Below, piece after piece: positions 45,148 through 55,755 of a stretch of 64,000 nt of DNA. The notes under the pieces were generated by a model that was not told the origin of the DNA, did not search any database, and saw only the letters and a list, made by a program, of their open reading frames with translations. Source of the stretch: an uncultured Candidatus Saccharibacteria bacterium (GTDB lineage: Bacteria > Patescibacteriota > Minisyncoccia > Phycocordibacterales > UBA9973); NCBI GenBank assembly GCA_964404925.1, contig CAYOLW010000002.1:38995-102994 (forward strand), given 5' to 3'. Numbering within the stretch: the stretch's first letter is position 1; each line of letters begins with the position of its first letter. Both the position numbers and the translations under genes were made by a program.

Positions 45148-46551
45148 ATGTATAAAAAATTAAAAATTAATAAAGGCTTTTCAATAATAGAAGTATTGTT
45201 GGCTGTTTCTGTTTTTGGTTTGTTGGTTTCTGCCTTGTCTGGTATTTATTTTTATGGCCAAGAATCAGGTGTTCTCTCTGGTAAACGTAACCGTGCTGTA
45301 TCTTTGGCTGAGGAGGGTATTGAGGCTGTACGTAATATACGTGATGCTAATTTTGCTAATTTAAACGACGGCACTTACGGACTAAGTAAATCTGGTAGTA
45401 GTTGGGTTTTAACACCTGTGCCGGATACTACAGGTGCCTACACTCGTGCAATAAACATTAATTCCACAGATGCCGATCATAAAGAAATAACCTCGACTGT
45501 AACCTGGCAGCAAAATGCTACTCGTTCAGGTAGTGTGTCTATTGTCTCAAAACTTAATTATTGGACAAGGATTATTTCTACCGCTGATTGGGCTAAACCA
45601 CTTTTAACGTCTAGTTTAAATCTGGCAGGTAATAATAATGGTTTTAAACTGCAGGTTAAGGGGGATTATGTGTATTTGATACGCAATGCTGGCACACCCA
45701 ATCTGTATATTTTAAATATCTCTAATCTAAATAGTCCATCACTTGTCGGTTCGATTGCTTTGTCTGGAACACTTAGGAATATATATACTGATGGAGGTTA
45801 TGTGTATGTAACATCAAACAGTAATAATCAAGAGTTGCAAATAGTAGATGTATCGAATCCTGCCGCTCCTTTTATAGCTGGTACTTATGATGCAGCTGGT
45901 ACCTCAGACGCCAATGGTGTTTATGTTGCTGGTAATTATGCATACATGGCAAAGGCGAGTAGCACCAGTCACGAATTTTTCGTTGTGGATATAACGAATC
46001 CTGCTTTACCGGCACTAGCTGGATCGGTGGATTTAGGTACCACTGGTTATGAATTAGTAACTTCTGGTGGTTTTGCTTATGTAACCTCTGCGAATAATAC
46101 TCAAGAAGTAAAAGTTATAAATATTTCAACTCCAGGAAGTCCCACTGTACAAGCTAACCTTAACCTTACTGGTAATAATGACGCAACTGTAATTGGACTA
46201 TATAATTCAACTACTCTTGTTGTGGGGCAAAACACTAGTTTCTACACTATTAGTATTGTGAATCCATTGGCTCCGAGTGTTCTGGGTACTGTCAATATTA
46301 GTGCAATTGTTAATGATATTTCTTTAGAATCTAATACTTCAGGTGAATATGTGTATCTAGCAACAAGTGATAACGCTGATGAGTTTCAGGTTGTAGATGT
46401 CTCTGACAAAGTGAATCCTGTAAATTACGGGAGTTATGACCAAACCGGTTTAAACGTATTAAACGGAGTTGCTTATATGCCTGGAATAGACAAGGCATTT
46501 GCTGCTAGCAGTTCAAATACGCAAGAATTCATAATTTTAGAACCTCAATAA
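45148..46551 (+). CDS. pilin-like protein with LVIVD-repeat beta domain
   Basis: G|FSIIE; LAEEGIEAVRNIRD; repeated G.YVY...LQIVDVSNP..P units. Confidence 0.85.
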   Translation: MYKKLKINKGFSIIEVLLAVSVFGLLVSALSGIYFYGQESGVLSGKRNRAVSLAEEGIEAVRNIRDANFANLNDGTYGLSKSGSSWVLTPVPDTTGAYTRAININSTDADHKEITSTVTWQQNATRSGSVSIVSKLNYWTRIISTADWAKPLLTSSLNLAGNNNGFKLQVKGDYVYLIRNAGTPNLYILNISNLNSPSLVGSIALSGTLRNIYTDGGYVYVTSNSNNQELQIVDVSNPAAPFIAGTYDAAGTSDANGVYVAGNYAYMAKASSTSHEFFVVDITNPALPALAGSVDLGTTGYELVTSGGFAYVTSANNTQEVKVINISTPGSPTVQANLNLTGNNDATVIGLYNSTTLVVGQNTSFYTISIVNPLAPSVLGTVNISAIVNDISLESNTSGEYVYLATSDNADEFQVVDVSDKVNPVNYGSYDQTGLNVLNGVAYMPGIDKAFAASSSNTQEFIILEPQ

Positions 46552-46552
46552 A

Positions 46553-47071
46553 ATGCAAAAAATTAATACAAAATTAAATAGAGGATTTACTCTGATTGAA
46601 ATGCTTCTGTATATTTCGATTGCAGGTACTCTGATGTTGGTTATTTCCATCTTTACTAATTCTATTTTAGAATCTAGCGTTAAAAACACAACAATTATAG
46701 AAGTAGAATCCAGCGGAGAATATATCTCTCAGATAATGAATCAAACATTGCGTAATGCTACGAGTATAAACACACCGATTGCGGGTAATACTAGCTCAAC
46801 GCTTTCTGTAGACACGACTGATGCAGTTTTAAATCCAACTATTTTTGATTTATCGGGAGGGGTGTTGAGAATCAAAGAAGGCACTGCGGATTATATAGAA
46901 CTTTCTAATTCAAAAGTAATAGTATCGGATTTAAATTTTAAAAATCTAACAGTGTCTGGCGCACCAGCTAGTGTTAGCTACTCTTTTACTGTTTCTTCTT
47001 CGAGTGTCAGTCCGAGACAAGAAAATAAATATAGTCAAAATTTTTATGGTGGAGTAAGTTTACGAAAATAA
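46553..47071 (+). CDS. minor pilin (PilW-like)
   Basis: G|FTLIEMLLY. Confidence 0.85.
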   Translation: MQKINTKLNRGFTLIEMLLYISIAGTLMLVISIFTNSILESSVKNTTIIEVESSGEYISQIMNQTLRNATSINTPIAGNTSSTLSVDTTDAVLNPTIFDLSGGVLRIKEGTADYIELSNSKVIVSDLNFKNLTVSGAPASVSYSFTVSSSSVSPRQENKYSQNFYGGVSLRK

Positions 47072-47476
47072 ATGCAAAAAATTAATTCAAAAACAAAAGG
47101 TTACGTTACTCTGATTACTGTTTTGGTTATGGGGGCTATCAGCGTATCAGTGACTATGACTATAGTTATGACTGGTATTATATCAACAAAAGACAGTTTA
47201 TCTGTTGTGCAAAGCAGGCAAGCAAATTTTTTAGCTAATGCCTGTGCTGAGGATGCATTACAAGAAATTCGTAATGATACTCTGTATGTGGGTACAGTCC
47301 AAATAAATTTAGGGTCTGGATCATGTACTTATACCGTTACTAATAATGGAGGTGAATCGCGAACTATTGCATCTTCGGGAACTGTTGGTACAATAATAAG
47401 GAAGAGTAAGATACAAATTGACGCTATTAATCCAAAGATTAATATAACGTCTTGGCAAGAAGTTGCCGACTTCTAA
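47072..47476 (+). CDS. PilX/GspK-like minor pilin
   Basis: G|YVTLI lacking Glu5, A..CAEDAL, C-terminal SWQEV. Confidence 0.75.
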   Translation: MQKINSKTKGYVTLITVLVMGAISVSVTMTIVMTGIISTKDSLSVVQSRQANFLANACAEDALQEIRNDTLYVGTVQINLGSGSCTYTVTNNGGESRTIASSGTVGTIIRKSKIQIDAINPKINITSWQEVADF

Positions 47477-47504
47477 GTCGTATGAAGTTAAAAGAATAAA
47501 AAAT

Positions 47505-47981
47505 ATGATGACAAATTATAAGAAAGGTTTTACATTATTAGAAGTTTTGCTTGTGGTCGCCGCTATTGGTATTTTAGCCGGTATAGTTATTGTTGCACTT
47601 AACCCAAATAAGCAACTTGGTGATACTAGGAATGCTCAACGCAGGGCTGACGTGAATACAATATTAAATGCAGTTTACCAGTATGCTATAGATAATAGTG
47701 GTAATTTGCCAGCTGGCATTGACTCGACTGCTGGTTCATCTCAGGTTTTAGGTACAACTGGTTCTGGACTTGATTCTACTTGTACAGCAACCACTACCGT
47801 TGCTGCGGGGCTTGATCTGTCCGCAGTATTGGTGCCTACCTATATCGTAGGTATTCCTATGGATCCAAAGACTGGTTCAGCAGGTAATACAGATTACTAC
47901 ATTAACAAAGATGCAAACGGAAGAATAACTGTTGGTGCCTGTGACCCAGAACAATCTGCTGTAATTAGCGTAACCCGCTAA
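47505..47981 (+). CDS. type IV pilin (major-pilin-like)
   Basis: G|FTLLEVLLVVAAIGILAG..NP..RNAQR..IPMDP. Confidence 0.88.
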   Translation: MMTNYKKGFTLLEVLLVVAAIGILAGIVIVALNPNKQLGDTRNAQRRADVNTILNAVYQYAIDNSGNLPAGIDSTAGSSQVLGTTGSGLDSTCTATTTVAAGLDLSAVLVPTYIVGIPMDPKTGSAGNTDYYINKDANGRITVGACDPEQSAVISVTR

Positions 47982-49807
47982 TGAATATTGTTTCCACAAT
48001 ACTTTTCATTCTCCTTGGTATAGCAGTGCTTGCCAAGGAGAGGGAACGTGGAGGGACTGCACGTTTAATCGGTTTTCTCGTGTCATTAGTTTCCTTGTCT
48101 TTGTTAATAATGCCAAGGAGTTTTTTCGCTTTGTATAATATTGAAGGTTTTTTATCTATACCTTCTTTTTTAGAATCTATCAGTTCCTTTTTGCTTGGAA
48201 CAATTTTTTTACTACCACACAAGAGTGCTTTCCGTAGGTACTATTATTTAGAATTTGCTACAGGCTTGTCTGTATTGTTATCTGCCTTATATATGGTGGG
48301 TTATTTTTTTCCAGCGACAGCTATAACTAATTATAGTATTTTTAACGATAAGGAAATTATTTTTGTTTTTATAAATATATTATTGACTTTTGTCGTTTTC
48401 ATTAATTTTCGGTCAAAATATGAATCCAAGTTCTTGTTTAATAAAAAAGTCTTCACGTTGGCGATACTTTTTGGCGGAGTTCTTTTTTCTCTTAGTTATG
48501 CATCTTATTTGAGTAACTTACTCAGCAATTCAACCCCAAATTTAATACCGCTGCTTAACTATATTCCAATTGTTATAGTAGTACTCGGAGTACTGCTCAG
48601 TGTTCTTTTTATTCTAATGTTGTATGCTTTTTCTTCTCTGCGCGAGAGAACCGTATTGTATGCTAATGATGTCACCAAAGGCTTGCGTCAGGCCAAGGCT
48701 AAAGACGAGGCACTACTGCTGTCTATCGGTGAGGGTCTGGTTGCTACCGGTAAAGATGGAAACATAATTTTCGTTAATCGTGCTTTTGAAAGTATGCTTG
48801 GTTGGAAAGAAGAAGAAGTACAAGGAAAACTTTTTCTAAACCTGGTCCATATGTTTGACGAGAACGGTAAGGAAATTCAAAAAGACAACCGTCCTTTTTA
48901 TAGCGCACTGCAGACTAAAAATTCAAAAGATTTTAAATCTAAAACAACAACTAATATGTATTATCGACACCGAGATGGTAACATTTTCCCGGTGGCTATT
49001 ACGATTTCTCCAATTGTTGTGGAAGGTGAGATGATGGGTGTCGTAGAAGTGTTTAGAGATATAACCAGAGAAAAAGAAATAGACAAGGAAAAGACTGAAT
49101 TCGTTTCTCTGGCTTCGCATCAATTGCGAACACCTCTATCATCAGTGAATTGGTACACTGAGATGCTTTTAGCAGGAGATGCTGGTAAATTAACTAAAAA
49201 GCAAAAAGAGTATGCAGATGAAATATTCCAAGGTACACAAAGGATGGTTAGACTCGTAAACGACCTATTGAATGTATCTCGGTTAGAACTGGGTACATTC
49301 TCTGTGAATCCAGAGACAGTGGATGTGGTGGCAGCAGCCTTCGATGCTATTGATGAACAAAAACAACATATTAAATTGAAGAAAATAAAAGTGACAACTG
49401 ATTTCCCTGATGAGAGGCCATTAGAAATGGAAGCAGATCCTAAATTACTGCATATGATTTTCCAGAATTTATTATCAAATTCAATAAAATATACTGGAGA
49501 AAAAGGGCATATCAATTTGGCAGTTTTTAAAAATGGGAAAGAGATACTTATTGAAGTTTCAGATAATGGTATCGGTATTCCAAAAAATGAACAAAGTAAA
49601 ATTTTCACTAAATTATTCCGTGCTGACAACGTAAAGGAACAAGACATGGAAGGCACAGGACTCGGACTGTATATTATTAAATCTATTGTTGAGAAGTCCG
49701 GCGGTTCAATCCGTTTTGAATCAACAGAAGGTGAGGGAACTAAATTTATTGTAGATTTCCCAGAAGGAAATATGAAAAAAAGAGAAGGTAGTAGAGAACT
49801 TAGCTAA
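47981..49807 (+). CDS. membrane PAS-domain sensor histidine kinase
   Basis: Multiple TM helices, PAS (NRAFESMLGW), ASHQLRTPL, NLLSNSIKY, DNGIGI, GTGLGL. Confidence 0.92.
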   Translation: MNIVSTILFILLGIAVLAKERERGGTARLIGFLVSLVSLSLLIMPRSFFALYNIEGFLSIPSFLESISSFLLGTIFLLPHKSAFRRYYYLEFATGLSVLLSALYMVGYFFPATAITNYSIFNDKEIIFVFINILLTFVVFINFRSKYESKFLFNKKVFTLAILFGGVLFSLSYASYLSNLLSNSTPNLIPLLNYIPIVIVVLGVLLSVLFILMLYAFSSLRERTVLYANDVTKGLRQAKAKDEALLLSIGEGLVATGKDGNIIFVNRAFESMLGWKEEEVQGKLFLNLVHMFDENGKEIQKDNRPFYSALQTKNSKDFKSKTTTNMYYRHRDGNIFPVAITISPIVVEGEMMGVVEVFRDITREKEIDKEKTEFVSLASHQLRTPLSSVNWYTEMLLAGDAGKLTKKQKEYADEIFQGTQRMVRLVNDLLNVSRLELGTFSVNPETVDVVAAAFDAIDEQKQHIKLKKIKVTTDFPDERPLEMEADPKLLHMIFQNLLSNSIKYTGEKGHINLAVFKNGKEILIEVSDNGIGIPKNEQSKIFTKLFRADNVKEQDMEGTGLGLYIIKSIVEKSGGSIRFESTEGEGTKFIVDFPEGNMKKREGSRELS

Positions 49808-50865
49808 TCTTCTAAATTTGGTTTATCTATAGCAATTTGAGTAATCTGAGGTGAGCTGCCAGTGATACGAAGTACGTCTTTGTCAATTTTTTTGAGTTCC
49901 TTACCAGAAGCAGTGTAGTGGTTTACCATTGTAGATATTGAGTTTCCAAGTTTAGTATGATATTCATCATAGGCTTTCAGGTGTCGACTTAATTCCTCAA
50001 CTCGTTTAATAATTTCTTTAGCATTTTCTTCTATTTGCATTGCTTTGAGGCCCTGCAAAACTGTCTGCAAATATGCGAGGAAAGAAGTAGGGGAAGTGAT
50101 AATAACTTTGTATTTACCGCTAGCCCTCTGGATTAGGTTTTCATTTTCTTCATCTTTTAGTCCACCTATTTTGTTGGTTATTAAATCATAGTAGATTGCT
50201 TCATGGGGAATAAACATAAATGCAAAATCCGTTGTATTTTGTGTTGGTTGAACGTATTTAGAAGTTTCGATAATTCGATTTTTTAAATCATTAACGAATA
50301 CTGTCTCAAGCCTTTTTTTCTCGGTTGGGTCTCCCGCTTCAATCATCTTGTTGTAATTCTCAAGTGAGAATTTGGAATCAATTGGAATAATTTTATCTTT
50401 AACGAAAACAACAGCGTCCACTATTGTGCCATCTGGGAATGGGTACTGCATTTGATAGCTTCCAGGTGGAAGTACATTTTTCAAAACTGTTTCTAAATAA
50501 TATTCACCGAGTATGCCACGCTGCTTAGGATTCTTTAAAATATTTTCTAGGCTTTGTAATTGGTCAGCAAAGGAGATAACCTGTTTGTTAGTCTCATCCA
50601 ATCTGGTTAATTTTTCTGTGACGTCACGGATGATTTCGTTTGAACGGGTAGAGTGAAATTGCAGGCTTTCGCGAACTTCTTTTTGACTTTCGCCAATCTT
50701 GCTGTCGACTGTACGGGAAAGCTCATTTAATTGCTGCAGGATAAGTTGCAGCCCCACATCATCTTTCTCAGTACCTTTTTTATTCTTGAAATATGAGTTC
50801 AAAAATACAACAGCGATAAAAGCCAGCACGACTACAAAAATCAGTATCATAATAACTATTTCCAT
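49804..50865 (-). CDS. rmuC: DNA recombination protein RmuC
   Basis: NPKQRGILGE, IPIDSKF, TTDFAFMFIPHE. Confidence 0.9.
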   Translation of the reverse strand: MEIVIMILIFVVVLAFIAVVFLNSYFKNKKGTEKDDVGLQLILQQLNELSRTVDSKIGESQKEVRESLQFHSTRSNEIIRDVTEKLTRLDETNKQVISFADQLQSLENILKNPKQRGILGEYYLETVLKNVLPPGSYQMQYPFPDGTIVDAVVFVKDKIIPIDSKFSLENYNKMIEAGDPTEKKRLETVFVNDLKNRIIETSKYVQPTQNTTDFAFMFIPHEAIYYDLITNKIGGLKDEENENLIQRASGKYKVIITSPTSFLAYLQTVLQGLKAMQIEENAKEIIKRVEELSRHLKAYDEYHTKLGNSISTMVNHYTASGKELKKIDKDVLRITGSSPQITQIAIDKPNLED

Positions 50866-50954
50866 GTGTATATTCTAACAGCTCTTGGATAAATTACAGT
50901 GATTGACTAAATGTGTAATATATTGTAATTTAAATTTAATAAATATGTTTGTTC

Positions 50955-51125
50955 ATGAAAAATAAGTACCAACCAGAATATGGTATCCAGTGGTATCATG
51001 TTTTGGGAGCAGTCGCTATCGGACTTGGGGTGATTGCATTAATTGCAAGTCCAAAAATTGCTGGCTATATTTTGTTGGCCGGTGTCGCTTACGCTGTTTG
51101 GCGTAACGTGACAGATTCTCATTAA
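50955..51125 (+). CDS. small two-TM protein (56 aa, not in ORF track)
   Basis: MKNKYQPEYGIQWYHVLGAVAIGLGVIALIASPKIAGYILLAGVAYAVWRNVTDSH; terminator follows. Confidence 0.55.
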   Translation: MKNKYQPEYGIQWYHVLGAVAIGLGVIALIASPKIAGYILLAGVAYAVWRNVTDSH

Positions 51126-51141
51126 ATTTTTTTCACAAACT

Positions 51142-51166
51142 AAGCGGTGCTACGGCCCGCTTTTTT
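51142..51166. terminator. intrinsic terminator
   Basis: AAGCGG-TGCTACGGC-CCGCTTTTTT. Confidence 0.55.
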
Positions 51167-51881
51167 ATTTACCTAAATAGTGTTTAAGGGTGTATATCCA
51201 GTCCTCGTCTGGACCATCACCATTTAACTTTTGAGCAAGTAACCATTCTAAGTATCCTCGATCTATTTTAGCCACATCTTCCACGCGCTGGCCATTGTAT
51301 TTACCAAATGCAAATTTTTTAAGTATTGAAGGGTGGGAAGATATCTGGACCATTTCCTGATAAGCCTCTTCTTCCGTCATATTTTGACTGGTCACTATTT
51401 TATTTTTGAGTCGGTTAAAAAGTTCTTCAAGCACCAGCACATCACCAAATGCGTCATGCGCAGCAGCATCAATCTCTATTTCTAGTAAATATCGTAAATA
51501 CTGTAGATTGTATCTGTCTATTTTTTCTTCTGTATCTAAATGCCTGGCCACACGTAGTGTGCAGATGAAATTTTTTATTTGTATATTTTCACGAGCGAGC
51601 ATCGCTATGTCAAAAGTCGCATTATGGGCGACCATAATTGTATCTCTATGCTCAAAAAGTGATTTAACGTTCTCATAGTCTCTCGAATTTTGGAATGACG
51701 GTTTGTCCGCGACCATCTTGTTGGTGATATGGTGCACTGCGGAAGCCTCGGGAGGTATCTTTTTTTCAGGTTTATAAAGCTGGTTGAAAGTCTCGCTACC
51801 AGTCTTGTATGCAAGCTGGCATAGGGTGTCGGTATCGGTGTTACCAGTAGTCTCGGTATCAAAAAATATTATTTTGCTCAT
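51165..51881 (-). CDS. DEDDh 3'-5' exonuclease (ExoX/DnaQ-like)
   Basis: FDTETTG, AHNATFD, AHDAFGD; C-terminal FGKYNG..YLEWL. Confidence 0.88.
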   Translation of the reverse strand: MSKIIFFDTETTGNTDTDTLCQLAYKTGSETFNQLYKPEKKIPPEASAVHHITNKMVADKPSFQNSRDYENVKSLFEHRDTIMVAHNATFDIAMLARENIQIKNFICTLRVARHLDTEEKIDRYNLQYLRYLLEIEIDAAAHDAFGDVLVLEELFNRLKNKIVTSQNMTEEEAYQEMVQISSHPSILKKFAFGKYNGQRVEDVAKIDRGYLEWLLAQKLNGDGPDEDWIYTLKHYLGK

Positions 51882-51908
51882 AGTGACATTTTAGCATATA
51901 ATGAGTGC

Positions 51909-52358
51909 ATGCTACACGAACAAATAAAATCAGGAATAAAGGAAGCAATGATTGCTAAAGACGAAACACTATTAAAGGCTTTACGCAATATGGTTGCCGC
52001 TTTTATGACCGAGGTTATGACTAAGGGTAGAAAACCAGATGAATTTCTAACTGACGAAGAAGCCCTCACTGTTATCACCAAGCTTTCAAAACAAAGAAAA
52101 GACTCAATAGAACAATTCAAGAAAGGAGGAAGAGAAGACTTGGTTCAAGAAGAAGCTGCAGAATTAGCTGTTTTAGAAAAGTATCTACCAACACTAATGG
52201 AAAAAGAAGAAGTTTTGAAATTCGCCAAGACCAAGCAAACAGAGCTTGGGCTAACAGACGTAACGAAAAAAGGCATGCTTATGGCCGCACTCATGAAGGA
52301 CTTGAAAGGTAAGGCAGATGGATCTGTGGTCAAGGAAGTTGTTGACTCACTTTTTTAG
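51909..52358 (+). CDS. GatB/YqeY domain protein
   Basis: KEAMIAKD, KQRKDSIEQF..GGREDL..E..ELAVLEKYLP. Confidence 0.9.
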   Translation: MLHEQIKSGIKEAMIAKDETLLKALRNMVAAFMTEVMTKGRKPDEFLTDEEALTVITKLSKQRKDSIEQFKKGGREDLVQEEAAELAVLEKYLPTLMEKEEVLKFAKTKQTELGLTDVTKKGMLMAALMKDLKGKADGSVVKEVVDSLF

Positions 52359-52359
52359 A

Positions 52360-53301
52360 ATGAAAACACTGGTAACACACAATGGAGCTATTCATGCTGA
52401 TGACCTGTTTGCAGCAGCGACTTTGTCTTTGTATTTAGACAGTAAAGGTGAGACACATAAAATAGTCCGCAGTCGAGACAAAGAAACAATTGATGGGGCT
52501 GATTATGTTTTTGATGTTGGAGGAGTATACGATCCGTCTCTTAACCGATTTGATCATCATCAAAAAAACGGACCAGGTGCCAGGGACAATACTGTGCCGT
52601 ATGCTTCATTTGGGCTTATCTGGAAGCATTTTGGTCCATCACTATGTGACGGGGACAATGAGCTATGGAAGAAAATTGATACAGAAATAGTTTCCCCGAT
52701 TGATGCTGCCGATAATGGTGTTGATGTTAGTATGCCAAAGATTAAAGGAGTTAGTGAATACGTAGCAGCTAGAACATTTCTGATATTTACTCCAACTTGG
52801 CAAGAACAGAAAAGTTCTATAGATGATGTGTTTAATAATCAGGTCATAGAGGCTAAGCGTGTTTTGCGCAGAGAAATAGAGGTTTCGCGAGCTGACATTG
52901 TAGGTAGGAAAATTATTATGGATGCGTATGATAAATCTGAAGATAAACGCATAATAGAATTGCCGGATAATTTTCCTAGGTATTTATATCAAAATACGTT
53001 ATCATCACTATCTGAACCAGTGTATATGATTTGCAAGAGTCGATTTACTGATGATTGGAAAATTGAAGCTATAAGCAAAAATCCAAACACCATGCAAAGT
53101 CGCAAACCATTTCCTGTCGCTTGGCGAGGTCTTCCTAATGGGGATAGTGGTTTAAAGAAATTAACTGGTGTAGAAGACGTTATTTTTTGTCACCACGATG
53201 GATTCCTTATGAGTACAGGCACACGCGAAAGTGCCTACAAATTAGTAGAGATATCATTAAATAATAAAGAAAAAACAAAATGGCTTTCGTGGATGAAATA
53301 A
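52360..53301 (+). CDS. MYG1-family (DHH-type) hydrolase/exonuclease
   Basis: THNG.IHADD, DVGGVYD..RFDHHQ, FP..WRG, IFCH. Confidence 0.88.
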   Translation: MKTLVTHNGAIHADDLFAAATLSLYLDSKGETHKIVRSRDKETIDGADYVFDVGGVYDPSLNRFDHHQKNGPGARDNTVPYASFGLIWKHFGPSLCDGDNELWKKIDTEIVSPIDAADNGVDVSMPKIKGVSEYVAARTFLIFTPTWQEQKSSIDDVFNNQVIEAKRVLRREIEVSRADIVGRKIIMDAYDKSEDKRIIELPDNFPRYLYQNTLSSLSEPVYMICKSRFTDDWKIEAISKNPNTMQSRKPFPVAWRGLPNGDSGLKKLTGVEDVIFCHHDGFLMSTGTRESAYKLVEISLNNKEKTKWLSWMK

Positions 53302-54269
53302 AATTTTATGCAAAGGCGGGTGATGGTGGCGACGGCGTTGTACGTTGGCGTCAAGAGAAATTTATACCCAAAGGTGGTCCTGCAGGCGGGGACGGTGGAC
53401 GTGGTGGAGATTTCTACGTTGTTGGTGTACGCGATATTGGAATACTAGCAAAATATAAATCTAAAACTAGATTTGAAGCTGAGCGAGGTGAAGATGGTGG
53501 CAAGAAAAGCCTGCACGGTGCCCAAGGTGAAGACATGCTTTTTGAACTACCAGTAGGTTCTGTAATTACTAATACTCGAACAGGTGAAGAATGGCAGCTT
53601 ACCGAAGAAGGGCAAAAGGTAATGCTACTCAAAGGTGGTTTTGGGGGATTCGGTAATGAACACTTTAAAAGTTCTCGTGATGTAGCACCTAAAAAAGCCA
53701 ACAAAGGTGGCCCTGGCGAAGAAGGTGATTTCCATGTTGAACTACAGATATTTGCTGATGTGGGACTCGTGGGGTTGCCGAATGCAGGTAAGTCGTCTTT
53801 GCTAAATATGGTAACTAATGCCAAAGCTAAAGTGGCTGACTATGCTTTCACTACACTAGATCCTAACTTAGGTGATTTTTATGGATATATCATAGCCGAT
53901 ATTCCGGGTATTATCGAAGGCGCTGCTGAAGGTAAAGGACTAGGTATTAAATTCTTGCGTCATGTGAAGCGCACACGAATGCTGGCGCATTTGGTGTCAT
54001 TTGAAAATGAGGATATGATGGCAACCTACAAACAAATTCGTTCTGAACTTGAGAAATATGATAAAGAGAACAAGCTCGGCGAAGACGGATTGTCTCAAAA
54101 AGAAGAAATAATAATCTTAACCAAAACTGACGTTACCAAGCCTGATCTGGTTGCTAAAAAGGTTAAAGAATTTCAAAAATTAAAGAAACAAGTTTTTGTC
54201 TTGTCTCTATATGATGACGAAAGTATAAAAACCTTTTCTCACGAGATGTCAAAAATATTAACCGTGTAG
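53280..54269 (+). CDS. obgE: GTPase ObgE
   Basis: Gly-rich Obg fold, GLPNAGKS, YAFTTL, DIPGIIEGA, TKTD. Confidence 0.95.
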   Translation: MAFVDEIKFYAKAGDGGDGVVRWRQEKFIPKGGPAGGDGGRGGDFYVVGVRDIGILAKYKSKTRFEAERGEDGGKKSLHGAQGEDMLFELPVGSVITNTRTGEEWQLTEEGQKVMLLKGGFGGFGNEHFKSSRDVAPKKANKGGPGEEGDFHVELQIFADVGLVGLPNAGKSSLLNMVTNAKAKVADYAFTTLDPNLGDFYGYIIADIPGIIEGAAEGKGLGIKFLRHVKRTRMLAHLVSFENEDMMATYKQIRSELEKYDKENKLGEDGLSQKEEIIILTKTDVTKPDLVAKKVKEFQKLKKQVFVLSLYDDESIKTFSHEMSKILTV

Positions 54270-54308
54270 AACTTTCGTTTTATATGTTTTATTGCTAAAA
54301 TAGCCTTT

Positions 54309-55751
54309 ATGGATAAGAAATATTACGTAACAATGGGGCTTGAAATTCATGCTGAAGTCAAGACTAAAACTAAAATGTTTTGCGCTTGCAAGAATGACCC
54401 TAATGAAGAAAAACCCAATATAAATATTTGTCCGGTTTGCATGGCGCATCCGGGGGCATTACCTGTACCAAACAAAGAAGCTATTCGGCAGGTTATTCGT
54501 GTTGGTTTAGCTATTGGTGCTAATATTGCTGACTTTTCAGAATTTGATCGTAAAAATTATTTTTACCCAGATATACCAAAAGGGTACCAGATTTCTCAGC
54601 TTAAATACCCAATAGTATCTGGCGGGCACTTGGCTGATATGGACATAACCCGCATACACCTCGAAGAAGATACTGGTAACAATAAACACTATGAAGATTC
54701 GACTGGGGGGTATTCACTGGTTGATTTCAACCGCGCTGGTGTGCCGCTCGCAGAGCTTGTTACCGAACCCCATACTTTTGACACGGCAGAAGAAGCCGCC
54801 AAGGTAGCAAGTAGTTTTGCTCGCGAGTACCAGCTCCTACTTCAGTACCTTGGTGCGTCAGAGGCCAACATGGAGAAGGGTGAAATGCGTGTTGAGGCCA
54901 ATGTGTCTGTTAGTCCAGACAAGGATAAAATGTCTAAAGCTTATGTGGAGGTTAAAAATTTAAACTCTTTTAAAACTGTTGAGAAGGCTATTAAATACGA
55001 AGTTGATAGAATGATTGAATTATGGGAAGCCGGTAAAGAATCAGAAATCATCAAAGAAACTCGTGGATGGGACGAAGCTAAACAAAAAACAACTTCTCAG
55101 CGCAAAAAGGAATCTGCCGAGGATTATCGGTATTTTCCAGATCCCGATCTACCAAAAATGAAATTGCATGAAGCTTTTGATTTAGAAAAAATTAAATCAG
55201 AACTCCCTGAGCTGCCAGAGCAAAAAAGAGGTAGGTACCGAAATGATTTTGGAATTAAAGATGAGGATATTGAGATTTATATAAACGATCATGATTTAGC
55301 AACTTGGTTTGAAAATGTAGCGGGGAAGCTTGTTGATAAAAATAAAATAAAGACTGCTTCTAATTATGTAACTTCGGATTATGTAGGTATCAAGAAAAAT
55401 TCTGCAGAAGTCCGACTTCCACAAGCAGTTAATTTTGCTGAACTTATTAGTATGGTTACTGAAAATCAGATTTCTTCCAGAGCTGCTAAGGATATTTTGT
55501 CTATGATTGTTCTGAATGATGAGTCACCAATGAAGATAGCTACAGAAAAAAACCTACTTCAGAAAAATGATGAAGGTGAATTGAAAGTAATTGTTGAAAA
55601 AATAATTGCTGAAAACTCTGAAGTTGTTGCCACATATAAGAGCGGAAAAGAAAACGCTATAATGTCTCTCGTGGGTAAAATAATCAAGGAAACCAATGGA
55701 TCAGCTAACCCTCAGGTTGTCATCAAACTATTAAAAGAATTAATTGGATAA
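54309..55751 (+). CDS. gatB: Asp/Glu-tRNA amidotransferase subunit B
   Basis: GLEIH, RKNYFYPD.PKGYQISQ, DFNRAGVPL, DYRYFPDPDL. Confidence 0.96.
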   Translation: MDKKYYVTMGLEIHAEVKTKTKMFCACKNDPNEEKPNINICPVCMAHPGALPVPNKEAIRQVIRVGLAIGANIADFSEFDRKNYFYPDIPKGYQISQLKYPIVSGGHLADMDITRIHLEEDTGNNKHYEDSTGGYSLVDFNRAGVPLAELVTEPHTFDTAEEAAKVASSFAREYQLLLQYLGASEANMEKGEMRVEANVSVSPDKDKMSKAYVEVKNLNSFKTVEKAIKYEVDRMIELWEAGKESEIIKETRGWDEAKQKTTSQRKKESAEDYRYFPDPDLPKMKLHEAFDLEKIKSELPELPEQKRGRYRNDFGIKDEDIEIYINDHDLATWFENVAGKLVDKNKIKTASNYVTSDYVGIKKNSAEVRLPQAVNFAELISMVTENQISSRAAKDILSMIVLNDESPMKIATEKNLLQKNDEGELKVIVEKIIAENSEVVATYKSGKENAIMSLVGKIIKETNGSANPQVVIKLLKELIG

Positions 55752-55755
55752 GTCT

